Shown piece by piece: positions 1 through 10,589 of a DNA stretch of 64,000 nt. This DNA comes from Acidobacteriota bacterium (GTDB lineage: Bacteria; Acidobacteriota; UBA6911). A program made the position numbers and the translations under genes. Each line of letters opens with the position of its first letter. Position 1 is the first letter of the stretch. The notes beneath the pieces were generated by a model. That model saw nothing but the letters and a program-made list of their open reading frames with translations. It was not told where the DNA came from and ran no database searches. The stretch covers positions 1,504,001 through 1,568,000 of the forward strand of contig OY761556.1 of NCBI GenBank assembly GCA_963664705.1. Reading direction: 5' to 3'.

Positions 1-222
1 GCGGCAAAGCTGGTCAGGCTTGCGTCCAGTTTCGCCAGCGAGATTCATTTATCGCGCGAAGATGCGAATCAGATGATTGATTCCAAAAGCATTCTCGGCA
101 TCCTGATGCTTGCCGCAGCGAAGGGAACGCGGCTGGTGATCTCCATCGAAGGACAGGATGAAGCGGCAGCCGGTGAGGCGATCTGCAGGCTTTTTGATGG
201 CAAGTTTGGAGAGGAAAGCTGA
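1..222 (+). CDS. ptsH: Phosphocarrier protein HPr, 5' part outside the window
   Basis: Frame 1 reads AAKLVRLASSFASEIHL...IDSKSILGILMLAAAKGT...GQDEAAA, a typical HPr with the Ser46-type KSI motif; its TGA overlaps the ptsI ATG. Confidence 0.92.
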   Translation, partial: AAKLVRLASSFASEIHLSREDANQMIDSKSILGILMLAAAKGTRLVISIEGQDEAAAGEAICRLFDGKFGEES

Positions 223-2039
223 TGGCTGCCCAGAACGAGATCATTTTCAGCGGAAGCGGCGTGTCTCCCGGGATAGTCTTGGGCCAGGCTCTGAAGCTCG
301 ACAGCCATAACCGGCTCATTCTGAAAATTCAGATCGATGATGTGGAATCGGAGGCGGACCGGTATCTGCGGGCGATCGAGGCGGCAAAAGATCAAATGCA
401 GATGCTGCGATCCCGCCTGGAGGAAAAAGTCGGGAACGAACACGGCATTATTCTCGATGCCCATCTGCTCATCCTGGAAGACCGGAACTTCAATGCCGAG
501 ATTCTCGCGACCATACGCGAGGGGCACGCCAACGCCGAATGGGCGGTGGTGCAGGCCACCGACCGGCTGGTCCACGCTTACAAATCGCTGGACGACGAGT
601 ATTTCAGGGAACGCCACAGTGACATTGAGCAGGTCGCGGAACGCATTCTGCTGAATCTTTCGGGAGATCGGCCTTTGAGTTGGGAGCATCTCTCGGGAGA
701 CCTGATCCTCGTGTCTCACGATTTTAACCCGTCCAATTTTGCCACGATGGACACGCACAAGGTTCTCGGCCTTGCCCTGGAATCGGGCGGCAGGACCTCC
801 CACACGGCAATTATCAGCAGAGGGCTGCGCCTCCCGACGGTCATGGGCGTTCAGGATCTGCTGCCCTCGGTCTCCACGGGAGATACGCTCCTGCTGGACG
901 GAGATGAGGGCCTGGTAATCGTCCATCCTTCGCCGGAAAGAATTCAAGCCGCACGCCTGCGAATGGAGGCCTTTGTCTCGCGGCCGGAGTCTTCTGCCGC
1001 CACCACCAGCCCCGTTACAAAAACTAAGGATGGCACCGTTGTCTCGCTGCGCGCGAATACGGAATTGCCGCGCGAACTGGAGACCGCAAAAGCATGCGGA
1101 GCCGAAGGGATCGGACTTTTTCGCTCTGAGTTTCTGTATTTCGGCCACCCGAACCGGTTTCCGGGAATGGATGAGCAATTGGCCGCATACAAAGCTCTGG
1201 CCAAGGAGATGAGCCCCCACCCCGTGTCCATCCGAACGCTGGATGCCGGATCCGAACAGGTGGGTGGCCATGTCGATACCTCCGGTCAATCCAACCCGAG
1301 CATGGGCTTACGTGGGATCCGTTTGAGCCTGCATCGTGAACATGTCTTCCGGACCCAGATTGAAGCTATTCTGCGGGCGAGCTGTGAAGGCAATATTGAG
1401 ATCGTGCTGCCGATGATTTCCACCGTCGAAGAGATCTGGCAGGCCAAAGAGGTGATCTCAAAAATGCGGGCCAAGCTGACGAAGAAAGCCGGCCTGGACA
1501 TTCCCCCGGTCCCGCTGGGGGCAATGGTGGAGGTTCCCGCCGCGGTTCTCGCGCTGGAAACGCTGGCGGGAGAGGTTGATTTTCTTTGTGTCGGCACCAA
1601 CGATCTGATTCAGTACACCCTCGCCGTCGATCGCGGAAACCCGCATGTGGCTTATCTGTTCCAGCCGCTCCATCCCGCCGTGCTGCAATGCCTGGATCGA
1701 ATCGCCGAAGTTGCCGGAAAAGCGAACAAGCCGGTGCGTATCTGCGGGGAGATATCCTCCAATCCTATCTTTGCCGTCCTGCTCCTGGGAATGGGATTCA
1801 CGCAGTTGAGCATGAATCCTCTATCGATTCCGCAGATTCGCAAGGCGATTCGGGAGGTCCCCCTGCCCGAATGCCGGGCCATCGCCAAAAAAGCCCTGAC
1901 TTTTGTGACAGCCCACGATGTGCATCAGTACCTGACGGATGCGGTTTCGGGACTGATTACGTGGGATCTGGCGCCGTATGCGAATGAAATTGCGGTTTTT
2001 AGGGAAAGGAGAAAGGAGACAGGAGTCAGGAGACAGTAG
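222..2039 (+). CDS. ptsI: PTS enzyme I (PEP-protein phosphotransferase)
   Basis: GGRTSHTAI phospho-His motif, GIGLFRSEF, NPSMGLRGIR, VGTNDLIQY, ICGE; 605 aa. Confidence 0.96.
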   Translation: MAAQNEIIFSGSGVSPGIVLGQALKLDSHNRLILKIQIDDVESEADRYLRAIEAAKDQMQMLRSRLEEKVGNEHGIILDAHLLILEDRNFNAEILATIREGHANAEWAVVQATDRLVHAYKSLDDEYFRERHSDIEQVAERILLNLSGDRPLSWEHLSGDLILVSHDFNPSNFATMDTHKVLGLALESGGRTSHTAIISRGLRLPTVMGVQDLLPSVSTGDTLLLDGDEGLVIVHPSPERIQAARLRMEAFVSRPESSAATTSPVTKTKDGTVVSLRANTELPRELETAKACGAEGIGLFRSEFLYFGHPNRFPGMDEQLAAYKALAKEMSPHPVSIRTLDAGSEQVGGHVDTSGQSNPSMGLRGIRLSLHREHVFRTQIEAILRASCEGNIEIVLPMISTVEEIWQAKEVISKMRAKLTKKAGLDIPPVPLGAMVEVPAAVLALETLAGEVDFLCVGTNDLIQYTLAVDRGNPHVAYLFQPLHPAVLQCLDRIAEVAGKANKPVRICGEISSNPIFAVLLLGMGFTQLSMNPLSIPQIRKAIREVPLPECRAIAKKALTFVTAHDVHQYLTDAVSGLITWDLAPYANEIAVFRERRKETGVRRQ

Positions 2040-2118
2040 TCAGAATAGAATTCGCCAAAATTAGTACACCCTCCTGCCTCCTGACTCCTGACTCCTTTCT
2101 CCTGTCTCCTTTTCCTGA
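2001..2118. repeat. Inverted pair of degenerate 7-bp tandem repeats (TCAGGAG / CTCCTGA)
   Basis: aggagaaaggagacaggagtcaggagacag followed by ctcctgcctcctgactcctgactcctttctcctgtctcc. Confidence 0.75.
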
Positions 2119-2187
2119 CACTTTGCCGCAATCTCCGCATCTGATATGTTAGAAAAACGTAAAGCACACAGGAGGGAGGGTGTAAAC

Positions 2188-4287
2188 GTGATCCGCCGAC
2201 TGGTTCTCTTGGTGATTGCAGCTTGTCTGACCGGCGCCCTTGGTTTTACCAATCCGCAGGATGAAACCTATACACGCCTTGCGCGACTCTCTTTGGTTGA
2301 GGGGCGTGTCAGCTTTCAGCATGGTTCGGATGTGGACTGGTCCGCGGCAAGTGTCAACCTGCCGCTTGAACCGGGCGACCGTATTTATACCGGCAATGAT
2401 GGTAGAGCGGAGGTAGAGTTTGACGATGGCTCGACCTTTCGCATGGCCGAAAATACCGATATCGAAATCCTCTCTTTGCGCGAGGAGGGAATCCAGATAC
2501 GGATGTCTCTGGGGCTTTCCACGCTGAATGTTCTGGGAAATGCGGATTTTGAAGTCGACACTCCCACGGCCGCGTTTAACGCGGTGCGGGAAGGCATCTA
2601 TCGCTTTGATGTTGTGGAAAATGGAGATACGGATGCCATTGTACGCAAGGGAGAAATGGAGGCCGCGAATAACCAGTTTTCGCAGCGTTTGCAGGCGGGA
2701 GAGCTTCTGCACCTGACTCTGAAGGATAGAGATAACCCGGAAGTATCCAGCTATGACCGGCGGGATCAATGGGACGAGTGGAATGACCGGCGGAATGCCG
2801 ATCTCCGTGTTTACGGAAATCAGAGGTACCTGCCGGATGACGTCAACATGGGTGCGTCTGAACTGGACCGCTATGGCCGCTGGGTCAATGTGGAGACGTA
2901 TGGGAATGCTTGGATCCCCTACAACATGGCGGATTATTGGAGCCCCTATTCGGTTGGGCGATGGTGCTATCGCCCGATGTATGGGTGGACATGGATATCC
3001 TATGAGCCCTGGGGATGGCTCCCGTACCATTATGGACGTTGGTACCACAGCTCGCTTTACGGATGGTGCTGGCTGCCCGGTCCATCCTACGGGTTCAACT
3101 TCTGGTCTCCAGCCCTGGTGACTTTCTATAACGGACCCGGCTGGGTTTCCTGGTGCCCTCTGGGACCTGGAGATTACTACGACGTCCGGAATTACCATTA
3201 TCGACATGGAATTTACAGCCACCAGATCGCCGAGCTTCGAAGGTTGAACACGAGACCGGCCGGCAACCCGTTCAACCGGGACGTGCGTGGCGCCTTCCGC
3301 ACCGCACAGCTTGAACAGTTCCGCGAGGGCAGCTTTGACGGCAGGAGCCGGAACACGCGGTTTGGAAATATCGATCGCCCGTGGAGCCAGGGGACTCTGG
3401 TGCAAAACCGGCTGGATATTCAGCCGTCCGCGAGAAGCTTCAGCGCGGTAACGGATCGCATCGCGGCGCGGCCCAGTACCGCTCGTCCTTTGCCCGTAGT
3501 GGTACGAGGCATTCCGGAGAAGAATTCCGGGGATCGCGAACGGTTTAATCAGATTACGAACTCCCAGATTCGTTCCGGCTGGTCCGGCAGCGCTCGAGTC
3601 CGAGGAGAACAGAATCCTGATGCCAGACCGAGCGGCCGGGCCATTCAGGTCCCACAAAATCCTCCGGCCTCGAATCCGGGCATGCAGGATCGGCGCGAGA
3701 ATAACGCCCGGCCTTTTGGGCGAACGAATGACAGCGAGAGCTCTCGCGGCGGATCCATCCGGCCAAGCCCCCGGGAGGATAATGCTCCGGCAGCCAGACC
3801 GGAACCGAGAGCGACACCGCAGAATCCTCCGTCAAGGCAGAATAATGAACGGTCAACTCCGGAACAGCGGCGGACTAACCCGCCTGCCCAGGCCAATCCG
3901 AGAAGCGAATTCCGGCAGAGCGACTCCGGCAGCTTCCTCCGCCCGAGCACAGGCCGCTGGAGCAGTCCTGCCCCGGCAGAGGCACCCAGGCCGGTGGAAG
4001 GTGTTCGCACCTTTACAGCGCCGAGATTTGGCAATGGTGCGGGAGGAGGGGCCGATTCCGGTCCGGCGTATGTTCGTCCATCAGAGCCCGCCAACGCCAA
4101 TCGCTCTGAATCCTGGCGAGCGCCTGAAGGGGGAAGGGCTCCCTCCTACAGCGCTCCCAGTGCTGCCCCTGCAGCCCGGCCCTCATTCGAGCGTGGCGGA
4201 GGGGTCCATTCAGCTCCAGCTCCTTCCCGTGAGAGCGGTTCTCCCGGCAGGAGTACCCCGGAAAATAACTCCGGCCGCCGCCGCTAG
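2188..4287 (+). CDS. Exported FecR/DUF6600-like protein with Pro/Arg/Ser-rich disordered tail
   Basis: GTG after GGAGGGAGG; signal peptide; ARLSLVEGRV...GDRIYTGNDGRAEVEF; W/Y/G-rich region PWGWLPYHYGRW. Confidence 0.8.
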   Translation: MIRRLVLLVIAACLTGALGFTNPQDETYTRLARLSLVEGRVSFQHGSDVDWSAASVNLPLEPGDRIYTGNDGRAEVEFDDGSTFRMAENTDIEILSLREEGIQIRMSLGLSTLNVLGNADFEVDTPTAAFNAVREGIYRFDVVENGDTDAIVRKGEMEAANNQFSQRLQAGELLHLTLKDRDNPEVSSYDRRDQWDEWNDRRNADLRVYGNQRYLPDDVNMGASELDRYGRWVNVETYGNAWIPYNMADYWSPYSVGRWCYRPMYGWTWISYEPWGWLPYHYGRWYHSSLYGWCWLPGPSYGFNFWSPALVTFYNGPGWVSWCPLGPGDYYDVRNYHYRHGIYSHQIAELRRLNTRPAGNPFNRDVRGAFRTAQLEQFREGSFDGRSRNTRFGNIDRPWSQGTLVQNRLDIQPSARSFSAVTDRIAARPSTARPLPVVVRGIPEKNSGDRERFNQITNSQIRSGWSGSARVRGEQNPDARPSGRAIQVPQNPPASNPGMQDRRENNARPFGRTNDSESSRGGSIRPSPREDNAPAARPEPRATPQNPPSRQNNERSTPEQRRTNPPAQANPRSEFRQSDSGSFLRPSTGRWSSPAPAEAPRPVEGVRTFTAPRFGNGAGGGADSGPAYVRPSEPANANRSESWRAPEGGRAPSYSAPSAAPAARPSFERGGGVHSAPAPSRESGSPGRSTPENNSGRRR

Positions 4288-4296
4288 GCCGGGTTG

Positions 4297-4352
4297 TTCG
4301 TGAAATGTGTGGAATTCGTGGCAGCTTTTGGGGTTGCCACGAATTCCGCAAA
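4297..4352. repeat. Inverted repeat built on a 9-mer-like unit (possible terminator); a related copy lies near 58473-58531
   Basis: ggaattcgtggcagc ... gttgccacgaattcc. Confidence 0.5.
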
Positions 4353-4425
4353 GCCTCCGAATGCAGCGCTCCTCATCCCTTTGATGCTTCGTCCATCCTG
4401 AATCTGTGCTAGTCTACTGCGGTTT

Positions 4426-6219
4426 ATGGATATATACCGGAAGCTCTACCAGTTCGTTCGTCCGTACCGGGGCACCCTGGTTCTTGCCATGGCGCTTTCC
4501 GTCCTGTTCGGTCTTCTTGAAGCTGCATTGACCTCTCTTTCGATCCCCATGTTCGATGATGTCCTGGTCAAATCGCAGGTTTCCGACTTCACTTCCATCC
4601 AGCATTTCATCTCAATTTTTCTCGCCATTTTCCCCGGGAACAAGATAACGCGGCTGTGTGTGGCGATCCTTGTTTTGGCTTTATTGAAGGGACTTTCCCT
4701 TTATTATGCAAACTATTTCATGAACCGTGTTGGGCAGGGGGTCGTCACGGATCTGCGGAACGCTCTTTTCCATCATGTACTAGGGCAGTCCATGGGATTC
4801 TTCTCTCTGAATTCCACCGGCCGGCTCATGTCCAGGATGAGTGGAGATGTGGAACAGGTACAGGAATCGGTCTCCAACGTCCTTGCGGACTTTGTCCGGG
4901 AAGTCGTTACGCTGCTGTTTCTCCTGTGCGTCACGCTGTGGATTGACTGGAGGCTGGCGTGTCTTTCGCTTCTGATCGCTCCCTTTGTCCTGGTCCTCAC
5001 GCTTGGAATGGGAAAGCGCATCCGCCGCGTCAGTCTGAGGGGCAGGGAAGATGCCGCTACTTTGAATGATCAGCTTCAGCAATCGATTACGGGGATGCGC
5101 ATCATCAAGGCGTTCGGAATGGAGGCGCACGAGGAGGATCGCTTTCGCCATAATTCGGCCCGGCTGTACCGCAGCAATGTGAAAGCGGCGGCCATCCTTT
5201 TTCTGAATTCCCCGGTAATGGAGTTCATCGGATTTGCCGTTTTCATTCCGTTTCTGTATTACGCTTCAGGTCGCATCAACACCGATAAGACCCTGACCTT
5301 CGGGCTCTTTGGCGGGTCGATGTTCAGCCTTTTCCGCATGTATGACCCGATTCGGAAGCTCAGCCGGATGCATGTTCAGTTTCAGCGGGCTATTGCCTCG
5401 GGTGCGCGCATTGTGGAACTCCTGGAAGAGCACAGGGAAATCCAGGATCGTCCCGGGGCAAAAACGCTGGGCGGAATCAATGAATCGATCGAATTCAGGG
5501 ACGTCTGCTTTGATTACGTGGATCAAAGCGGTGAAACGCGAGTGCTGAAGGATATCAATCTGAAGGTCGAGCGGAACCAGGTGGTGGCCATAGTTGGCAG
5601 CAGCGGTTCCGGCAAGACCACGCTGGCTGGGCTGATCCCTCGCTTTTACGATCCTACGTCCGGGAAAGTTCTAATCGATGGCATCGACATCCGCGAATAC
5701 ACCCAGAACTCGCTGCGGAAGCAGATCGCCATGGTTACGCAGGAGACTTTTCTCTTCAACGACACGGTTCGGAACAATATCGGGTATGGAAACATCCTGG
5801 CATCGGAAGAGGAGGTTGTCGCGGCATCACGGGTGGCATTGGCGGACGATTTCATCTCTCGCTTTCCCATGAAATATGCCACCTTGATCGGCGAACGCGG
5901 CCAGCGATTGTCCGGAGGGGAGCGCCAGCGGATCTCGATCGCGCGAGCGCTGCTCAGAAATGCGCCTATCCTGGTTTTGGATGAAGCAACGTCGGCCCTG
6001 GATTCGGAATCGGAAAAACTGGTTCAGCAGGCGCTTACGAATCTTATCCGGGACCGGACCACCTTTGTCATTGCGCATCGTCTGTCGACGATACGGAATG
6101 CGGACATGATTGTGGTCATTGACAAGGGGAGAATCGTGGAGTCGGGGACGCACGACGTGCTGATAGCCCGGGATGGCCATTATCGGAAGTTCTTCCGCCT
6201 CCAGACGGAAGAAGACTAG
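4426..6219 (+). CDS. msbA: MsbA-like ABC exporter (TMD plus NBD)
   Basis: N-terminal TM helices, GSSGSGKT Walker A, LSGGERQR signature, LVLDEATSALD; kdsA/kdsD in the window support LPS synthesis. Confidence 0.8.
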   Translation: MDIYRKLYQFVRPYRGTLVLAMALSVLFGLLEAALTSLSIPMFDDVLVKSQVSDFTSIQHFISIFLAIFPGNKITRLCVAILVLALLKGLSLYYANYFMNRVGQGVVTDLRNALFHHVLGQSMGFFSLNSTGRLMSRMSGDVEQVQESVSNVLADFVREVVTLLFLLCVTLWIDWRLACLSLLIAPFVLVLTLGMGKRIRRVSLRGREDAATLNDQLQQSITGMRIIKAFGMEAHEEDRFRHNSARLYRSNVKAAAILFLNSPVMEFIGFAVFIPFLYYASGRINTDKTLTFGLFGGSMFSLFRMYDPIRKLSRMHVQFQRAIASGARIVELLEEHREIQDRPGAKTLGGINESIEFRDVCFDYVDQSGETRVLKDINLKVERNQVVAIVGSSGSGKTTLAGLIPRFYDPTSGKVLIDGIDIREYTQNSLRKQIAMVTQETFLFNDTVRNNIGYGNILASEEEVVAASRVALADDFISRFPMKYATLIGERGQRLSGGERQRISIARALLRNAPILVLDEATSALDSESEKLVQQALTNLIRDRTTFVIAHRLSTIRNADMIVVIDKGRIVESGTHDVLIARDGHYRKFFRLQTEED

Positions 6220-6238
6220 TCAAGGCCGCCGTCCCTGC

Positions 6239-6534
6239 TAATGCCGCATACTAATTGTTCTGAACCCTGCGGCGCGAGCGAGGCACCAGGCCCGGAGGGC
6301 CGAAAGCGAGTAGCCGGGGGTGAAGCGCAGCGAACCCCCGGATTGGATTAGACCAGTAACAAGCCCTGAAGGGGCGGCAGAATGCCCGATCTTACGCCCC
6401 TACCGGGGCTCTTTCTTGCGCTTATCTGTACCGGGGGTTCGCTGCGCTTCACCCCCGGCTACTTTCTGTTCGCCCCTCCGGGGCTGATACGCATTGCGAT
6501 ACCAAGTTCCTTTGGCAAATAATATGCAGCATTA
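6239..6534. mobile_element. IS4-type MITE, copy 1 (296 bp)
   Basis: Ends TAATGCCGCATACTAATT and AAATAATATGCAGCATTA; flanked by GCCGTCCCTGC / GCCGTCCCGAC; near-identical to 11438-11728. Confidence 0.75.
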
Positions 6535-6754
6535 GCCGTCCCGACGGCATCAACGTCGTGGAAGCGGCCACGTTCTTGCCAGTGAGACGCCGATACGCCC
6601 GAGTGAAGCCTTCCCTGCCCGCAACGACTGCGCTCCCGGAGCAATTTGCAATCGTTCCCGATTTTCTAAAGTCAAAAGATACAAAGGTTAACCTTGACGT
6701 ATCCCCCCATCCTCGCTACACTATTTTGATTTCGGCACCGAGGTATGCCAACCG

Positions 6755-7630
6755 ATGATTCTGAGCATGACTGGCTTTGGGAGTGGCTCCGCTCAGAAGG
6801 ACGACATCACGGTCTCGGTGGAAATCAGGACTGTCAACCATCGTTTCCTGGATCTCCACATACGACTGTCGAGAGAGTACCTGTTCCTTGAGGGAGAGAT
6901 TCAACAACTGGTTCGAGGTGTGCTGGATCGTGGGCGGGTCGAAGTGAATACGACGATCCAGAACACGAGTGCAGCGGCATTTCTGGTCAACACCAACCTG
7001 GTCAAAGGGTACCTGGAGGCGGCCGGAAGGCTGAAGCAGGAATTCAACCTCCAGGATTCGCTGGATCTGAAATCCATCCTGAGCCTGCCCGGTGTTCTTC
7101 AGAACCGGGACATGGTCACCGACAATACCGCAGCCATTTCGGAGTTGGTGGCTGCCGCTGTCAGAACAGCGCTCGACGGAGTTCTGCAGATGCGTCGCAA
7201 AGAAGGGGAAGCGCTGCGCACGGATATGCTGAAGAACCTCGGATCGGTGGAAGCGAGTTCGAGTGAGATCCAGCAGTTGAGCAGCAATTCCTCGATGGAA
7301 TACATGCAGAAGCTGAAGGATCGGCTTGCGCAGCTTCTCCCGCAGGGAGGACTGGATCCGCAGCGTCTGGCGCAGGAAGCCGCGCTCCTTGCGGACAAAT
7401 GCGATATTTCGGAGGAAGTGGCTCGCCTGAGAAGCCATATTGAGCAGTATCATGCTTTGATGGATGGGAAAGAGAAAGCGGGAAAGAAGCTCGATTTCCT
7501 TCTTCAGGAGCTGCAGCGCGAGGCGAACACCATTCTTTCAAAATCGGGAAATCTCGATGTTTCCCGCAACGCCATCGCGATCAAGGCCGATATTGAAAAA
7601 CTCCGTGAACAGGTTCAGAACGTTGAGTGA
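6755..7630 (+). CDS. yicC: YicC/YloC family endoribonuclease
   Basis: MILSMTGFG, VNHRFLD, GKKLDFLLQELQREANTILSK, EKLREQVQNVE. Confidence 0.95.
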   Translation: MILSMTGFGSGSAQKDDITVSVEIRTVNHRFLDLHIRLSREYLFLEGEIQQLVRGVLDRGRVEVNTTIQNTSAAAFLVNTNLVKGYLEAAGRLKQEFNLQDSLDLKSILSLPGVLQNRDMVTDNTAAISELVAAAVRTALDGVLQMRRKEGEALRTDMLKNLGSVEASSSEIQQLSSNSSMEYMQKLKDRLAQLLPQGGLDPQRLAQEAALLADKCDISEEVARLRSHIEQYHALMDGKEKAGKKLDFLLQELQREANTILSKSGNLDVSRNAIAIKADIEKLREQVQNVE

Positions 7631-8270
7631 GACGATAAAGCGAAGCGGCAATCTGATTATCGTTTCGGGACCCTCGGGTGCGGGGAAGTCCGCCCTGGTT
7701 GGAAGTGTCTTGAAGCTCGTGTCGCGCGTGCGGTTTTCGGTGTCCTATACGACGAGAGCGCCGCGCGGAACAGAGACCGATGGTGTGGAGTATTTCTTTG
7801 TAGACAGGGCGGAATTTGAATCTTTGATTGGAAGCGACAGTTTTCTTGAATGGGCTGAAGTGCATGGCAATTTGTACGGCACTTCAAAAGCCTTTGTGGA
7901 AGACCTGATGATGCAGGGCTACGATGTCCTGTTGGATATCGATGTTCAGGGGGCGGGAATTATTCGCAAAAAGCGGCCGGATGCCATTGCCGTTTTCATC
8001 CTGCCGCCATCTTTCGATGTTTTGCAGAGCCGTCTCGTGCACCGAAGTCTCGATACGGAAACGGTTGTGGAGCAGCGGCTGAAGCGGGCCTGTAACGAAA
8101 TCAGCCACTACAAGGAATACGATTATCTGGTCATCAATGAGGATCTCGGCAGCGCCATACGCGAACTGGAGTCCATAATTGTAGGAGCGCGGTGCCGGAC
8201 CGCTGCCAGGGTTGAATCCGTCAAGTCGATATTAGCTACTTTTGGAGGAATGGATGCAGAAGGTTCCTGA
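7623..8270 (+). CDS. gmk: Guanylate kinase (start approximate)
   Basis: SGPSGAGKS, SYTTRAPR, EWAEVHGNLYGT, LDIDVQGA. Confidence 0.95.
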   Translation: MSETIKRSGNLIIVSGPSGAGKSALVGSVLKLVSRVRFSVSYTTRAPRGTETDGVEYFFVDRAEFESLIGSDSFLEWAEVHGNLYGTSKAFVEDLMMQGYDVLLDIDVQGAGIIRKKRPDAIAVFILPPSFDVLQSRLVHRSLDTETVVEQRLKRACNEISHYKEYDYLVINEDLGSAIRELESIIVGARCRTAARVESVKSILATFGGMDAEGS

Positions 8271-8457
8271 AAGCATTGGATCTAAATACCGATTTATCAT
8301 TATTGCGGCGGAGCGTGCCAAGCAGTTGCAGAACAATGCCAGGCCGAAGATCAAAACCCGGTCCACCAAGCCGGCTCATATAGCGATGCGGGAGATCGAG
8401 CAGGATCTGGTTGCTTTTGAAATGCAGACTCCGGTAGAGCCCTCGAGTCAGGGTTAG
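8254..8457 (+). CDS. rpoZ: RNA polymerase omega subunit
   Basis: SKYRFIIIAAERAKQL...KPAHIAMREI; GGAGG RBS; gmk-rpoZ-coaBC order. Confidence 0.9.
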   Translation: MQKVPESIGSKYRFIIIAAERAKQLQNNARPKIKTRSTKPAHIAMREIEQDLVAFEMQTPVEPSSQG

Positions 8458-8466
8458 GGAGTTCCT

Positions 8467-9645
8467 GTGAAGATCGCGCTGGGCGTAACCGGTTGCATCG
8501 CTGCCTACAAGGCTATCGAGGTCATGCGAGGGCTTCAGAAGGCCGGCGCATCCGTGCAGGTGATTCTGACGCGCTCGGCGGCCGAATTTGTCACGCCGCT
8601 GACTTTTGAATCCTTGTCGGGACAGCATGTCATCACGGACATGTTTGAGGCGGAACTGAACCGGGATATCCGGCACATCAGTGTCGCGCAGTCCATTCAA
8701 CTGCTGGCGGTCGTGCCGGCGACGGCGAACATCATCGGAAAGTTTGCCCACGGGATCGCGGATGATTTTCTGTCCACGCTGTATCTTTCCACTCCTTCCC
8801 CTGTCTTTATTGCGCCGGCGATGAATGTGGAAATGTGGCATCACGCGGCGGTGCGGGCCAATGTGGATATCCTCAAGAGCCGTGGACACTATTTCGTGGA
8901 TCCGGAGCCGGGCATGCTTGCCTGTGGCATGGAGGGGGATGGGAAGCTGGCGACCGTCGATGTGATCGTCAGCCGGATTCTCCAAGTGCTGCGTGCGGGT
9001 GACGCGCTTTCGGGGATGAAGGTGCTGGTTACCGCGGGGCCAACGGTTGAGGACATCGATCCGATCCGGTTTCTATCCAACCGGAGTTCCGGGAAGATGG
9101 GGTATGCGGTGGCGGAGGAAGCTCGCCGTCGCGGGGCTACGGTCTACCTCGTATCGGGTCCAACGGCGTTGAGTGCGCCGGCAGGCGTGCAGCGAATTTC
9201 CGTGCGTTCGGCGGCCGAGATGAAGGATGCCGTGATGCGTCTGTATCCGGACGTGGACATTGTTGTCAAGGCTGCGGCGGTTGCCGATTATCGCCCGGTG
9301 GAAGTTGCCGCGCAGAAGATCAAAAAAGGCAAAGATGAAAAGATCCTGCATCTGACGCGCACGGAAGACATTCTCGAGACTCTGGGGAAACAGAAGAAGG
9401 GCCAGGTACTGGTCGGATTTGCGGCTGAAACGGAAAACCTTCTTGAGGCCGCGAAGGAGAAGCTGCTGCGCAAGAACCTGGACCTGCTGGTGGCCAATGA
9501 TGTCTCCCGGGGAATCTTTGGTTCGGATTCCTCCACGGTCCACATTCTGAACAAAGGCGGGGAGACAATTACCATCGAAGGGCAATCGAAACTCTCCATT
9601 GCAGGCAAAATCCTCGATTTGGCATTAGCTGTCAGAAAGGGCTGA
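8467..9645 (+). CDS. coaBC: Bifunctional PPC decarboxylase / PPC synthetase
   Basis: GVTGCIAAYK, PAMNVEMW, TAGPTVEDIDPIRFLSNRSSGKMG, AAAVADY, GFAAET. Confidence 0.96.
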   Translation: MKIALGVTGCIAAYKAIEVMRGLQKAGASVQVILTRSAAEFVTPLTFESLSGQHVITDMFEAELNRDIRHISVAQSIQLLAVVPATANIIGKFAHGIADDFLSTLYLSTPSPVFIAPAMNVEMWHHAAVRANVDILKSRGHYFVDPEPGMLACGMEGDGKLATVDVIVSRILQVLRAGDALSGMKVLVTAGPTVEDIDPIRFLSNRSSGKMGYAVAEEARRRGATVYLVSGPTALSAPAGVQRISVRSAAEMKDAVMRLYPDVDIVVKAAAVADYRPVEVAAQKIKKGKDEKILHLTRTEDILETLGKQKKGQVLVGFAAETENLLEAAKEKLLRKNLDLLVANDVSRGIFGSDSSTVHILNKGGETITIEGQSKLSIAGKILDLALAVRKG

Positions 9646-9698
9646 TACTCGAAGCGGGCGCACCTCGCCCCATCCGGTAGCCAGCATCGTATTCACTT

Positions 9699-10589
9699 AT
9701 GAAGTCAGGCACTGTAGTCATCATCGGACGACCCAATTCCGGAAAATCCACTCTGCTGAACGCGCTCGTGGGGCAGAAAATTTCCATCGTATCCCCGAAG
9801 CCGCAGACGACGCGGCATCGCATCCTCGGGATCACAACCGAAGCGCGCGGACAGATCGTCTTCATGGACACGCCGGGAATTCACAAGCCGGCCTATGGGA
9901 TGAATCGTCGGATGCTGCACACCGTCTACGACGGGTTGAGAGATGTTGATCTTGTGCTCCTGGTCGTGGATGCCTCTATTGCCTACGGGTCGGGAGAGCA
10001 TTTTGTTCTCGAGACCGTAAAAAAAGCGGAGGCGCGGTCGCTGCTGCTGCTGAACAAAATTGACAGCATTGCCAAGAACAAGCTGCTTCCCATTATGCAG
10101 CGGTATGGAAGCTCGTATGAGTTTCTGGAGATCCTGCCGATTTCTGCAAAGACCGGTGAAAACCTCGATCTGCTGCGCGACAGGCTTTTCGAATATCTGC
10201 CGGAAGGGGAGCCGCTTTACGATTCTGAACAGTTCACAGACCGGACGGAGAGGTTTCTTGCCTCCGAGTTCATCCGCGAAAAACTGCTGGAGCGTGTTCG
10301 CGAGGAATTGCCGTATGCCTGTGCCGTACTGATTCGTAAGTTTGATGAAAGCCAGAGAGAAGAAAAAAACCTGGTGGTGATCGATGCGGACATCCTGGTC
10401 GAGAAGCGTTCGCAGCAGGGGATTGTTCTGGGTGCCGGCGCTTCGCAGCTTCGGGATCTCGGCATCTCCGCCCGCAAGGAACTGGAACAGCTGCTCGATT
10501 GCAAGGTATACCTCGGCCTCCAGGTGAGAACAGCGCGAAACTGGCGGAATGACGACGCCGTGCTGGATCAACTGGAGCTCGGGCTATGA
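9699..10589 (+). CDS. era: GTPase Era
   Basis: GRPNSGKS, PQTTR, DTPG, NKID, C-terminal KH domain. Confidence 0.96.
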   Translation: MKSGTVVIIGRPNSGKSTLLNALVGQKISIVSPKPQTTRHRILGITTEARGQIVFMDTPGIHKPAYGMNRRMLHTVYDGLRDVDLVLLVVDASIAYGSGEHFVLETVKKAEARSLLLLNKIDSIAKNKLLPIMQRYGSSYEFLEILPISAKTGENLDLLRDRLFEYLPEGEPLYDSEQFTDRTERFLASEFIREKLLERVREELPYACAVLIRKFDESQREEKNLVVIDADILVEKRSQQGIVLGAGASQLRDLGISARKELEQLLDCKVYLGLQVRTARNWRNDDAVLDQLELGL